Part shown: one piece after another, positions 1-11,800 of the stretch | Numbering within the stretch: the stretch's first letter is position 1 | Layout of the letters: the number at the start of each line of letters is the position of its first letter | Assembly: GCA_016748015.1 (NCBI GenBank) | Contig: JAAOMT010000675.1 | Coordinates: 248,001 to 312,000 of the forward strand | DNA: 64,000 nucleotides | Reading direction: 5' to 3' | DNA from: Geosiphon pyriformis uo1 | Lineage: Eukaryota; Fungi; Glomeromycota | Notes under the pieces: generated by a model | Database searches by the model: none | Told to the model about the DNA's origin: nothing | Seen by the model: only the letters and a program-made list of their open reading frames with translations | Program-made: the position numbers and the translations under genes

Positions 1-3000
1 TATAAAAAAAAATTGACAATTTTTTTTTATAATTAACAAAAATATCATTTTAATCAAAGTTTTTATTATAAATATACTTTAATATTAAGTTTTTATTAAA
101 AATAATTGACTTTTTAAATCTAATGCAAATTTAAATTAAAAAACCCAAAAATTAAAGATTTTATACTAAAAACAACAGATTAAAGTATTTGTTATTTGTA
201 ATACTTTCAACAAATAATTTAAAAAAGTCTTTTTATTTGAATTTAAAAAAAAAAAAACTAATTATCAAAACTTATATGGCACTTAATTTTTAGTCTAATT
301 AGACTAAAAAAACAGAACAACAGTTATTTAAACAATTATAATCAATATTATAGTCCGAAAATTCAAATTAACAATTTATATTAGCAACAAACAATAAATA
401 AACCAATAATTGATATGTTTTATACTTAAAACTATAACCAAAAAAACACTTCACATATATTTTATTAAAATATAAAGATTACAATAAAAAGCTTTTATTT
501 ATAAAAGTTTATATTTTATCAAAAAAAAATACAAAACTTGTACTTATTATTATTTTAAAATTTATTACAAAAAATAATTTAACAGGTTTAAGCAAAATAA
601 AAAATAAAACAATATATCTTGTTTTATATATAGAGAACTACTACCAAAAAATACAATTAAATTAATATTGTTATGAAAAAAAGAGTCTGTAATTAGATTT
701 ATTAATATATTCTTTTTATTTTCAAAAAAATAAAATAAAAAACTTCATTTACAATAGCTTACAACAATACTTTTAATGAATTTTACTATTATCTATATAA
801 TGCTGAAATAATTTATAAATTAATAATAATTTTAATTAATAAAAAATTTAAGAAGATATTTATTAAATAAAAAAAGCAAAATATATTAAATATATTATAA
901 AATTAGTTAAATTTAATTATGAAAATAAAATTAAACTTTATTATCTAATTTTTAATCATGTTTATTTTCTAAAAAACTTAAATTCAATAATTAAAACAAA
1001 TAAATATTTAGTTTTATAAGAAATATATTATGTTTTATAATAATTAATAATATTTAAAATACTATGTTTTTAATATACTATTATTAATTAAAGATAATTA
1101 AAATAAAATTAAATTTAAATCACACAAAACACAATTAAAATTCCAATAATTTTAATTTACTTTACTAAAAACCAATTTGTTTTATAATTCAAATTTCTGT
1201 TGATAACAAAACTATGTTAAAATTTTAAAAATTTACAATTATAATATTTAAATTTTTAGAATTATTTAAGTTTTCTTATTATATCTAAAAATCAAATTTC
1301 TATTAATAATTTGGAATTAAACTTAACCATTTTACCAGTTATTATTACAAAAAACAATATTTTAACAACTATTTTTTTTTTAATTTAAATAAAATACAAA
1401 ACAAATTACTATTTAGTAAAACTGTCTTAAATATTAAAAGCTTATTATTATTATATATATTAATATTAAATTAATAAATATTTTATTAAACTAATTTTAA
1501 ACAGTAGTTTAACAGATAACATAATTATTAAACAACTTTTAAACCAATTAAGTTGTTAATATTTATTATTGTTAATAGATTTACTAAAATTTTTATTGAC
1601 AAAATAAAAACTTTTTTTAAAATTAATAGTATTGTTGTATTTATTAAAGTTTTTATTATAAAAGTTCTATAATATTAAATCCTTATTAAAAATAATTAAT
1701 TATTTAAAATTTATGTTATTTTTAACTAAAATATATAAAAATTTTAATTAAGTTATAATAAATATTATATTTAAATATTAGTAATTTGTAATTATTTTTA
1801 AATAATTACTATTATTAAATACTATTATTAAATTAAAAATAAAAAAGCTTATAATTAAAACTTATTAAGTTTTATAGATTAATAATTTTTATATAAACTT
1901 ATTATTACTATTTATTTAAAAAAACAAAAATAAAACAAAAATAAAACAAAAAAAACCAATTGTTAATATTTTTTCTTATATATTATCAAACCAAAAAAAC
2001 ATTTCTATATGTATTTATTAGTATAAAATTCCAAAAATCCAAATTATCAATAATTAATACATATTATATTAACTATAAAAAAGTTATTTTTAATAAAAAC
2101 ATATTATAATAATAATAAAAAATAACTTACTATTATCAAATATTATTGTTGATTTTGTGTTTTAAAATAATTAATTAACCAAAAAAACATAATAAATAAA
2201 ACAATAACTTATATTTTATTTATAATATTATTTTAAAATATAAAAATAAAATCTAATAAATAATCATAATCAAAATTAATAATATTATATTAATACAAAT
2301 TTTTATAATTAAAAATATTTTTTAAAAAAATCTTACTTTTTCTAAATAACTCAAAAATTTTTCATAAATATTATTAAGTATTAATACTAGTTAAAAAAAG
2401 CATAAACAAAAACTTATAAGTTTAAATATTAAATTATACAAGTATTATTATATTTTATATTAATTTAAATATTATAATAAGTATAATTTTGTTTACAATT
2501 TATTATTATATATTTTTATTTAATTTTTAAAATTAATAAACCAATTAATAAAAAAAAAAATTTAGAATTAAATTTAACCTTAATTTAAATAATATTTTTA
2601 AATCTGACAAAATTTAATTATTGTTTTTAATATTAAGCAATATATTATGCTTTTAAACTTATTAAAAAAGCAAAAACTAAAATAGTTTAGCAATAATAAC
2701 AAAAAAATTATGTTTAAAAAAGTCTATAATACAAATATTAAATTTAATTTAAAATATTTTAAGCAAATATTAATAATTTTAAAATTAACATTAAAAATTT
2801 TAACAATAATAATAATACAATTAATATTGAAATTTAGTTTACTAAAAAAAAATAATGCAAAAAAAAAATAATTAATATAAAAAATATAAAAAGTATTATT
2901 ATTATATTATAAATAATTTAAAAAAGTTTATAAAATTAAACCAAAAAAAATAACATAGACCATATTTTTGTTTTTAATTTAAATAACTTAATTAATTTAA

Positions 3001-3947
3001 TAAAAATAAATAAATTATAAATTATAATAAAAAAAATGAATAGATTTAAATTTATTAAAAAAGTAAATAGTAAATATAACAAAAAAAATTATTAACTAAA
3101 AAAAAATAATTTAATTAATTATATTATTTTTATTTTATTATATTGTTATTATTTATTAAAAATACTTAAAAAAATCAAAACTAGCTTTAGATTTTTAAGA
3201 CAAAGTTAGCAATATATTAAAATAGAGTTATTATTATTATTAATATATATATACTAACCAAAAACATTCAAATTTCAATTCAAAAATGATGTAAATTTTT
3301 TAATTAATATTATTATTAAATATTTAAGTTTAGAAATTGAAAAACAGTTATTATTATATGTTTTAAACTTTTTATAATTGTGTAAATATGTGAATTTTAC
3401 ATTATAAATTTAGATAAAAACTAAAGAATATTACTTGTTTTAAACAAAACAGTTAAAAAAAATGAATTTGGAAAACTTGAATTTATTTTAATAGATGTAA
3501 ATAAAAGTACTACTCAATTAATATGTTAATATTTTTGTTAGTAAAAATAAGTTTGAAAGAATCAATATTATTTAATATTAAATTAAAATTGAAAAAATTA
3601 TGCCAATAAAGCAAAAAACATATTAAGTATTATTAACAACCCATTGGGTTATTTGACAGAATTTTAATCAAATATTAGACAATAATTTAATTTAATTATT
3701 AATGAACTTATAATTATTATTATTTATATTAATACCAAAAAAAAGAAAAAATTCACTAGGTTATTAAAAACTTAATAATATTATTTATGGTAATAACTAT
3801 TCAATTTTACACAGTCAAGAATTGTTTAATTCTTTCAGTAAAAAGAAATAATTTTTCATATTAAACTTAAACAATTGACAAATAGTTATAAGTTTAACCA
3901 ATAAAAAAAAGATAGTCTTTCTTTTAATTTCAGAATTTAATGTTATT
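1..3947 (+). mobile_element. Heavily decayed Ty3/Gypsy LTR-retrotransposon internal region(s): protease-like segments, dUTPase ghost and 5' part of RT, truncated at the EFNVM motif
   Basis: Residual RT motifs at 3600-3947 (PIKQK..., ...ELFNSF..., ...KIVF...SEFNVI = KTAF...EFNVM). Reverting G>A/C>T at 2722-2760 gives the dUTPase motif AHDTDAGFDLRYP. Two similar protease-like blocks (~30-210 and ~1430-1800) suggest more than one copy. Confidence 0.7.
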
Positions 3948-3949
3948 AA

Positions 3950-5883
3950 TTACACAGCTAAAATCTGGCCTTTGTTTTCTATTTATATTTTTATTTAATT
4001 CCAAAGTATAGAATGTATATTCTCCACCAAAGATAATTTTTATAAATGGATCGAACTAATAAACATAGTACTTGTTCTCAGTTTGTTTTCATTTTAATAT
4101 CAACAGAAGTTTTTCTTTACTAAGAGAAAAAAAATATAATTTATTAATATTCCAATAGATAATTCTTTTGTTTTTAAAATTTTCTGTAATACTAATACAA
4201 TAGCTTAAATGTAGTTAAATATGCGTCTAGCTTTTTTGCCTAATTCACTATCATTATATAGTGTAAAATTATAATTCAATTCGGAAAAATTGTTGCTTTA
4301 TAAAAGGTTAAGAGTGAATCTGGTAAAATGAGTCATGTAATTTTATATGGATTCGAATTAAGTACTTGTCGCCATTCAAAACTTGTAAGGACAAGACCAG
4401 CACATTACAATTATTGATAATAGGGCCCTAAAATATAATAAAGAAATTAAATTTAGTACATTTTTACAACAGATATTTTTGAACACTTACAACAATTCGA
4501 ATGTGTTGTTCCATATTAATTTTATTTCTCTCCACCACTTGCTATTAATTGTCTTTGATACTCCTTAAATTTTCTCAACATGTTAAACGTGCCTACTTCC
4601 ACTAAAATGCAAAAATAATATTCAAAAACATAACTTAAATACAATAAATAGAGTCAAAAGTTCAGTTAATACTATATACTTCATTTAATGAACTGAGTAT
4701 TATTTGCTGTTCTAATTTTTCTAGATTATCATGTTTGATTTCTAATGTTTCATTGGAATCACTATTATTGGAATTATTATTTTTCTGATGAAATTGTCAT
4801 AGCAAAAGCGAAAAAATTCAACAAGGTTATTCAAGGTTATCTTAGTATAAATCCTTAATAATTACATTTGATTTGCCCATTTAATTACTTGAATATTCTT
4901 GAGTTGTAGTCTCATAATTAAGAGTATCAACTAGTTTACAACACATATGATATATTATTACAGAAATTCAACATAGTTTACAAAACTAAGCATAAAAGCA
5001 AGCTTAATTATTATATAGTCAATGCCAAAAAACCTCCATATAACTCCTGAGTTCTTTATCATTTTGTTTTATATCAATAGATTCTGCCTTACTCTCTTCC
5101 AAATCATTTGTTGCTTCTTCTTTCATCACTTTAGGTATCATTAAACACGGTTTTTTAAATATCTGTAGATTTAACTCATCAATGAGTTCATGATTTTGTT
5201 GCTGACGAATGACATTGAGCAACTCCAGCCTGTTAATTTGTGATTTGTGCTTGACAACAGTCTTAAGAGCTAACGAGTGAGAACAGGTATAATTAACGAA
5301 TTCCTATTCAAAATGTAAGATACCTTTTTATTTTCTAATTCAGTTTCTAGTTCTCTTTCCAGCTCAACAATTCCCCAAAAGTTCTTCACTTCAGGTCCTT
5401 TCTAAAAAATAGTGTGGAATTAGAGTTGATCAATACGATGAGATTGAACTGTCACCACAGAGGAACACATAAGGATTACATCCCACAAGCACTTCTACAA
5501 CAGACAAATGAAGTGTAAGGAACAACACCCACCACAAAGAGGAACTGAAGAGGAATGACACCCCTATAACACCCTTTGTTGGTTGCACATCATCACCTAT
5601 GACAGTTCAGAAAAATACAATATAAAATGTGACAGACCTGTTGTAAAAGAAATTCTACAAGTTCACATTGCTCCTTAATATGCTCATCTTGCTTCTCTTG
5701 TTTCTCTTCTTTAGTAAGAAAGTTCCTTAAAAACTCTAAATATTTCTTTCGTAATATAGCTCACTTGAGTTTGGATTTGAGACGCAGAAAGGTTTCAAAG
5801 TCTTTAAAAAAATCAAGATATGACCATTGTAAATACGTGTACTATCGAAATATGAATTGATCGCGAGATTTCAAGGAAGACAT
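3950..5883 (-). pseudogene. Spliced fungal pseudogene of a Glomeromycotina multicopy family (N-terminal YF...WSY.DF and EVKNFW motifs; possibly Crinkler-like)
   Basis: ATG at 5883 gives MSSLK/LAINSYFDSTRI/QWSYLDFFKDFETFL...LLQQ|GT. The next exon is KGPEVKNFWGIVELERELETELENKK|GT. A further canonical intron (GTAAGT...TACTAA...TAG) lies near 4490-4428. There are multiple 1-bp indels and stops, and it contains ORF 5019-5222. Confidence 0.55.
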
Positions 5884-5989
5884 CGTCAATTACAGATAAA
5901 TGTACGCAAAATTTTTTCACAAAGAAAAGACACGCATCACGAGGTATTAGTCAGAAGGTCGTACAATTAAATCATGCATGCAGAAGTTG

Positions 5990-7759
5990 TGATAACAATA
6001 AGTTTTGATCATAACTATTTTGAGAAAAGGTAATGCGTTTCTTGGATAGGTTGCAATTGTGGTTGTTCAAAAAAGATCCCAAAAGAAAAGTTTGCTGAAT
6101 TACATGAGGCATTTCAAGCTCTCTCTAGATCCGAACAAGATATATTTTTAATGGCCCAACTGAAAGCGGTGGAGTGATAACTGCCAGTCGACATCTTAAA
6201 AAGAAAACGAATAAAAGAACTTTTTACTATTGAGATCGCAAAACGCCTCTGTCAGAAAACGTATCTCAATATGTTGGAAATTGGTCGCACTCACTTCGAA
6301 AACGTCAGAAATCACCTAGCGGCGAATGGATAATACCGCGCGTTCATGGTAATGTAAAAAAAGTGCCGCGATGGAAAACCAAAATAACCATTGATATAAC
6401 CGTTGCTACCGTTATGAAGAATTTTCTCGAAAACTATGCTGAAATCCATGGATTACCAAGTCCTGGTAGAAACGTCAACCGAATTACTCAATCGCTTACA
6501 CTTTTGCCAGCCGAAACGAGCTACAAATCGGTCTATCGCGATTTTATTGCGAGCCTCGAAAATGATAGCACGTTGAAATTGTTAAAATATGATGCATTTC
6601 GCAAGTTATGGCACCAATTAACGCCTTATATTCAAATTATGAGTCCACGAACGGATTTTCCAACATTTTCGGAATGGTTTACAGTATAATGCTCGCAAGG
6701 AGAAGAAGAAGAAGAAGAAGAAGAAGAAGAAGAAGAAGAAGAAGCAAGAGACTTACTAAAAAGGTACAAAGAACATTTAGTTAAGGCTAAGTTGGAGAGA
6801 AATTATTACAACAAAAATACGAAATTAGCAGAACAACAGAGGAAATTGGTGGATGAGCATTTTAGAACAAGAGGTAAAGCTGATTATTGTAGCGTTGACG
6901 CTACTGCTCATTACAGTTACGATTGGGCACAAAACGTTCACGTACCCCATTCCGATCAACATGTAATTGAAATTTATTACCTCAGTCCGTGTAAAGTGCA
7001 TTTATTTGGTATACAAGATGAAGCAGTACGCGAACAAATTAATTATGTTCTCGATGAGGACGAAATTATCGGCAAAGGTCCTAATGGCACGCTGACCCTG
7101 GTATTCGATGGAATAAAGAAATTGAATAAAGGTGAAAAACATTTAAAAATTACTTGTGACAACGCGGGTGGTCAGAATAAAAATAATGCTACCATTTGAT
7201 TTTATCTATATTTAGTAATTTGCGGTTATTATGAAACTATTGAATTAAATTTTATGGTACCTGGACATACCAAATTTAAGTGTGATGGTAGTTTTGGATT
7301 GAATAAAAACTATATCGCAAAACAACGGTGGATTGCGTGAATCATATTGTTGAAGTTGTGAAAAAATCGAGTACAGCGGGATTAAACAAGGCTCAGCGTT
7401 ATGACAACGGAAAAGGTTTTCAATATTTAGATATCAATTCTGTTTTAGGAATTTTCTTTAAGAAATTGAATGGTATGCAAAAGTATCAGCATTTTCTTTT
7501 TGAAGCAGCTCATCCAGGAGTTGTCAAAGCTCAGCTAGTTGCTAGTGGTGCTTATGGCGAATTTAATCTGTTGAAAACTAGAAAAACAAGTGTTTCCGAA
7601 ATTACCAAAGAAATTAAATCCTTTTCAATCCTAGTACTAAACCCTCCTCCATTGGACTACAAACGCCAAAAGTATCTTGACAAAATTATTCGCCCATTTG
7701 TCAGAGATGAATTTAAAGACATTTCTTGTCCCAAGCCAGTACTAAATGTAATCAAGTAA
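5990..7759 (+). pseudogene. Sola-like (DUF7869-type) DDD transposase, frameshifted and intronless
   Basis: The joined frames give CNCGCSKKIP...LCQKTYLNML...PRVHGN...SPRTD...SYDWAQNVHVPH...KGPN...ITCDNAGGQNKNNATI(TGA)FY...FMVPGHTKFKCDGSFGL. The D(SYD)-D(CDN)-D(GHTKFKCD) triad and the GQNKN motif typify this family. It includes ORFs 6363-6689, 6792-7199 and 7328-7759. Confidence 0.8.
6702..6743 (+). repeat. (GAA)14 microsatellite inside the transposase (poly-Glu)
   Basis: Perfect GAA repeat read directly, in frame with the downstream ARDLLKRYKEHLVKAKLERNYY. Confidence 0.95.
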
Positions 7760-7869
7760 TTTATATATTAAACAAAAAAATGTTTAAATAAACTTTATTA
7801 ATCGTACTAACGTTAAATAACTAAAATAAGTAATGAGTGTTCTGTGACTAACAATCCAGTAAACTTCTA

Positions 7870-9458
7870 TTTTTTCTCGTTAATTAATAAGTAAGTGCTT
7901 AACATAATAACAATAGTAAAAACTGTTCCTAAGGATTCAATTAAATTGTTTTTCTCTATTTATTTGGGCTTCTAATCTAGTTAATTCTTCCTTTTTGCTT
8001 TGCAATTCTTGTTCGTGCAGAGGAGTTCCACCAACATTTTTAATTTCTCATTCTTTTTGTTCAATCTCACTTCGTAATTGGGAAATTATTTGCTCCTTTC
8101 CTCAGTTTTTTTCTCTTCATTCTCTCAATGCTTGTTCTTTATGTTTAAGATAGTCTTTATCACCTCTTCATTTTAAATAGTAAGCTTCAGGATCTCTTAA
8201 TTTTTCAGCTAATCTTTCGTTTTCCATAGTCCCAACAAATTTACCGGCTTTATTAAGTGGTCTTCCTTCCCCGTGGTTTTTGCCTCATCATTTTTGCAAA
8301 GTGAATTTGGGAAACAGCACAAGAGTAATATTATCCTCTTTTCACTCTTTTTCTAGTTGACCCAATTCTTTCGTTTTCTTTTTCATTCATTAACTTATTT
8401 TCTTTCCCTACTTGCAGGGAATATATAAAAATCGTGGCAATTAATTTCTTCTTCCATTTTCTGCATGAGTTCTTGTAATACTTCGCCAAATTCCTTTCAA
8501 ATTGAGGGTTCTAGTGATAAGAATTCGTCATTTGAAACACGTTGCTTTGATTCAATAGTAGTGTATCCAAAAGCTATTTCATTGTGTAATCTCGCAATCA
8601 CTTTGCTTTTTCCAGCAATAATATTATCTGCGGTGGGTTGCAAAACTTTTTCAGTTAACTCTACTTGCTCGGGAGTGGCTGGTTTATACTCTTTTGCTCA
8701 ACACTCATTTCCGTAACTTTCTTTGTATTTTGGAACTATACGAGCAAAAAAATGAGGAGAGTTTGACCAGCAAGGTTTCCTGTTGGTATAAAGCGGAAGC
8801 CTGCAGGATAGTAAACTTCGTCTATCTTTTTCATAGTATCCTTATATGCTTTTTGCTTGACATCACACAATGGGCTTTTGCATTGGGACGAATATTGGCA
8901 AAAGTAAAAAATCTTCCTCTAAGTCGGATACATAGCAATCATACAAACCCTTTTCGCGAAGGACTACACTGTCACAGCCAAGGCAGGCTTCTTTACAATC
9001 AGATTTGAGACAAGCATAATTAGGTGTATTGTCTAAATTAAAGGTAAAATGTGTGGATTGCTCGCCTTTTTCAATTTTGTTTGAACAATTAGTACACCAA
9101 GAACAAACATGGTGTTTACCGTCTTCATAGACACTAACATCTCAATGAAGATAGATTTTACATTGGGGGCAAGTGGCGACAATTCTGTCTCACTTTCATT
9201 GGTCATGCTCGTTTAACTGTTTTACTCTTCAAGGCCAATCACCACCCTCTTTATTCTTAAATTTTTCTAGAGCTTCTCTAAAAATTCTCTTTTTGTTCCT
9301 TTCTCTTTTGCACATTTATTTAGTTCTTGTTGAACCATATTTTGTGCGCAATCTCAACAACAAAATTTGTCAGTTCTTTCTTCGGTGTTAGGTACTGGAA
9401 CTGAAAAATTATTTCCTTCCTTTGTATTTTTACAATTAAAACATTCTTTTTTAGTCAT
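7870..9458 (-). pseudogene. Genetic-code-4 (TGA=Trp) bacterial-type gene, probably MRE-derived: Cys-rich Zn motifs, tandem HIT-like domains, coiled coil and C-terminal TM; broken by small indels
   Basis: Frames 9300-8842 (153 codons), 8760-8395 (122) and 8386-7880 (169) have no internal TAA/TAG but 5, 2 and 8 in-frame TGA. Motifs are CFNC...FCCWDC, CPQC, HIT-like FTFANIRPNAKAHCVMSSKKH and AGQT/PHFFARIVPKY, and a hydrophobic tail LGTVFTIVIMLSTYLLI. No introns. Confidence 0.75.
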
Positions 9459-9700
9459 GATTACTTATTAATATAGTAAGTTTTAAGCAATTAAAAAAAA
9501 AAGCAAACTACCTATTTAATACAAAAAAAAAACTTTTAATTCACAGTGAGAGTCCGAAACATTAATACTGTGTTTAGAAATCTCATTAATAAAGCTGACT
9601 AAATGGTAAAATTTTTTGTCCAGATATTTTTGTCTTTTGTTTTGTAATGGTACATCATTATCCTGCTTTCTTTCTTAATATTTATTATTTTTCGTTCTTC

Positions 9701-9871
9701 TTAGTAAATTTCATAAGTGATTTTTTCTTTCTGTAGATATTTCTCGAGAATTTTGGTGTCATTCATTTTAAAAACGTATGAAGCAATTTTTTCTTGTCCT
9801 TTTTTTAGAATGCTTTTAATTGTGCTGTAATTCTTTGGTTCCATAATCGATTTAATGTAAATTAGTTTCAT
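9701..9871 (-). CDS. Small intronless 56-aa ORF (MKLIYIKSIMEPKNYSTIKS...LEKYLQKEKITYEIY), co-oriented with the code-4 gene and probably part of the same insert
   Basis: ATG 9871 to TAA 9701. K/I/E-rich composition like the adjacent gene. It has no Trp codon, so its code cannot be tested, and the TAA may be a premature stop. Confidence 0.4.
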   Translation of the reverse strand: MKLIYIKSIMEPKNYSTIKSILKKGQEKIASYVFKMNDTKILEKYLQKEKITYEIY

Positions 9872-9984
9872 ATTTATATTTTAATATAGATATAATCCTA
9901 TATTAAGCATATTGTAATTCAAGTAAAAGTCTATCTTAATCATATAATAAAAATATTACAACCGGGATAATCAAAATGTAGTCA

Positions 9985-10262
9985 AATTAACTTACAGCCA
10001 CACCAGCTTCTTATTTATATCACATAATCAAATCTTTACTTTGTCTGGTTTTGTTGCAGCATGTCTCATTTCAAACTAGATTGGCATTAGTAAATGGCCA
10101 TTTTAAGACTTTGTATAACTTTTGTGGTAGTTTGGGAACTATTTATCCAAATACTGCTACAGTAGAATCTGACTTTTTCAATTCTTGGATGAAAAAAGAA
10201 TGAACATAGATTATCTTTAACAGATTTTTCACTTGAGGGTATTATGAATTATAAATAGTTTG
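9985..10262 (+). mobile_element. C-terminal fragment of a hAT-related DNA transposase
   Basis: Translates (one frameshift, stops) as LYNFCGSLGTIYPNTATVESDF/SILG*KKNEHRLSLTDFSLEGIM. This matches the P.TA.VE..FS......R..L hAT dimerization-like region. Confidence 0.65.
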
Positions 10263-10849
10263 AGATACTTTCTTATCTTATCTAATATCACTAATTGGCA
10301 CAAATTTTTATTAAACATTTTTTTAATAAATTAATTATCTTATTAAGTAATAAATATTAAGCTATATATAGTAAAATAAAAATATGCCAAAATTAACAAA
10401 ATTAAGAAGACCTGATTTAATGTAAATTTTAATTTAAATAAGACTTTTTAAAAATTCAAACTTAATTTGTTTATTAAATTAATAATTGATTAAAACAAGC
10501 TTAATGTAAATATTAAAACCAATTTTTCAAAATTAAATATTTTAGTAAAATAATTGTTTTTATATATTAAAACCAAAAAATATTTTTAAAATATATATAA
10601 TAATGAAAATAATATGAAAATTAGTTTTTTGTAAATAAAAATAAGTTTAAATATGTAATATTTTCTAATATTAATCTTAAAAATTGTAATAATGTTTTTT
10701 AATATAATTTAAATTAATGATTTTTATTTTATTTAATTAGTTGTACTATTTTCAATATAATAAAAAATAAAAAAATTCAATTTAAGTATTGTTAAATATA
10801 ATTTTTGCTATATAAAAATTTACTTAGACCGATTAGCCATTATTTGATA

Positions 10850-11800
10850 TTATCCAAAATTGTGTTCATAAAATTGGGGTTATCATGAATGCTGGATGCT
10901 TTGGTAAAAAAAAGCACTTAATAATTGTGATCGGTTTTTTAAGAGACAAATTACCTTTTGGATAATTAAAATTTCCTCTTCTGTTTCATTGAACTGAATC
11001 AAACTCTATATCAGAATACAATGGAAAACCTTCTCGAACGATCTGGAAACCAGCTTGAATTCCTCTTTCTTGGATAAGTCAGTCAAAGGACCAAGAAGCT
11101 GCTAGAGTATCAGAAAATTAACGAATCACTTGTCTGATCAAACTTTAACTCCAGACCAATCAAATTGGATTCGAATGCTAATGATGTAATTCGATCAGTT
11201 TTTGTTGTTTATCTTGCGTGATTAACTTTATGGAAGAAAAAAATAATCCAGCAAAGGATCCAATAGGAAGTTCAATGATGGGCTTCAAGATATTAGAGGG
11301 GAAAGAGGCTCATAAAAAGCCACGAACTCAGTCCTCCCCAGGGACTTCCATGACCCACATACTGTGCCACCTGTCGGCTTTACATACTCTATCGCCTTCT
11401 CAACCAGATTAACCATGGAGTGCGCTGACACCCTCTGTTGGCCACATGGATTCACCAACAATAAATAACGTTCCTGCAATTCCTTCTGTAACCTAGAGGC
11501 TTTGGCGTACGTGTATCTGAAAAGATTAGCTTGATGCATCTTAATTCCTCGGCCAAAGCTGTATGAAAGTTACGTCTAATGTCTGTTGCAAAAGGTGGCT
11601 GCTTTCCGATCCATTAAATATCGCCGTTAACGTTTCCCCATGCATTGGGGTTCTGGTTCCAGTAATCTGAGAACAATCAAGACGTTAAACTTGTATTTTT
11701 CATTATACTGTGAAACAATAATAAAAAAACTTACCCGGATACTGCAATTTTGCGCGATCCTCACTTGAAATGTGCTTTAGCTCGAAGAAACGAGAGCGCC
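10850..11800 (-). pseudogene. Spliced fungal pseudogene of another Glomeromycotina multicopy family (YW..P..WG...H.AL..EL N-terminus)
   Basis: An intron (GTAAGT...TCTCAG, ~11734-11667) joins FFELKHISSEDRAKLQYP|DYWNQNPNAWGNVNGDI*WIGK...FHTALAEELRCIK. It has stops and frameshifts, and the 3' part fades into AT-rich DNA. Confidence 0.5.

Noticed and set aside
5941-5960. Left TIR partner for the TIR-like block at 7822-7858
   Set aside because: Only TTAGTCA matches in inverted orientation, which is insufficient, and no TSD was found.
8465-9391. Plus-strand ORFs 8465-8716, 8694-9008 and 9173-9391
   Set aside because: These are antisense shadows of the minus-strand code-4 gene, with no motifs.
7870-9458. 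Code-4 segment as a mitochondrial insertion (NUMT)
   Set aside because: Fungal mitochondria can also use TGA=Trp, but the products resemble no respiratory, ribosomal, homing-endonuclease or plasmid-polymerase protein. HIT-like plus Zn plus tail-anchor fits a bacterium better. Not formally excluded without a search.
9460-9960. Sigma-70 promoter or Shine-Dalgarno sites for the code-4 genes
   Set aside because: Only weak matches were found, and these are expected by chance in AT-rich DNA.
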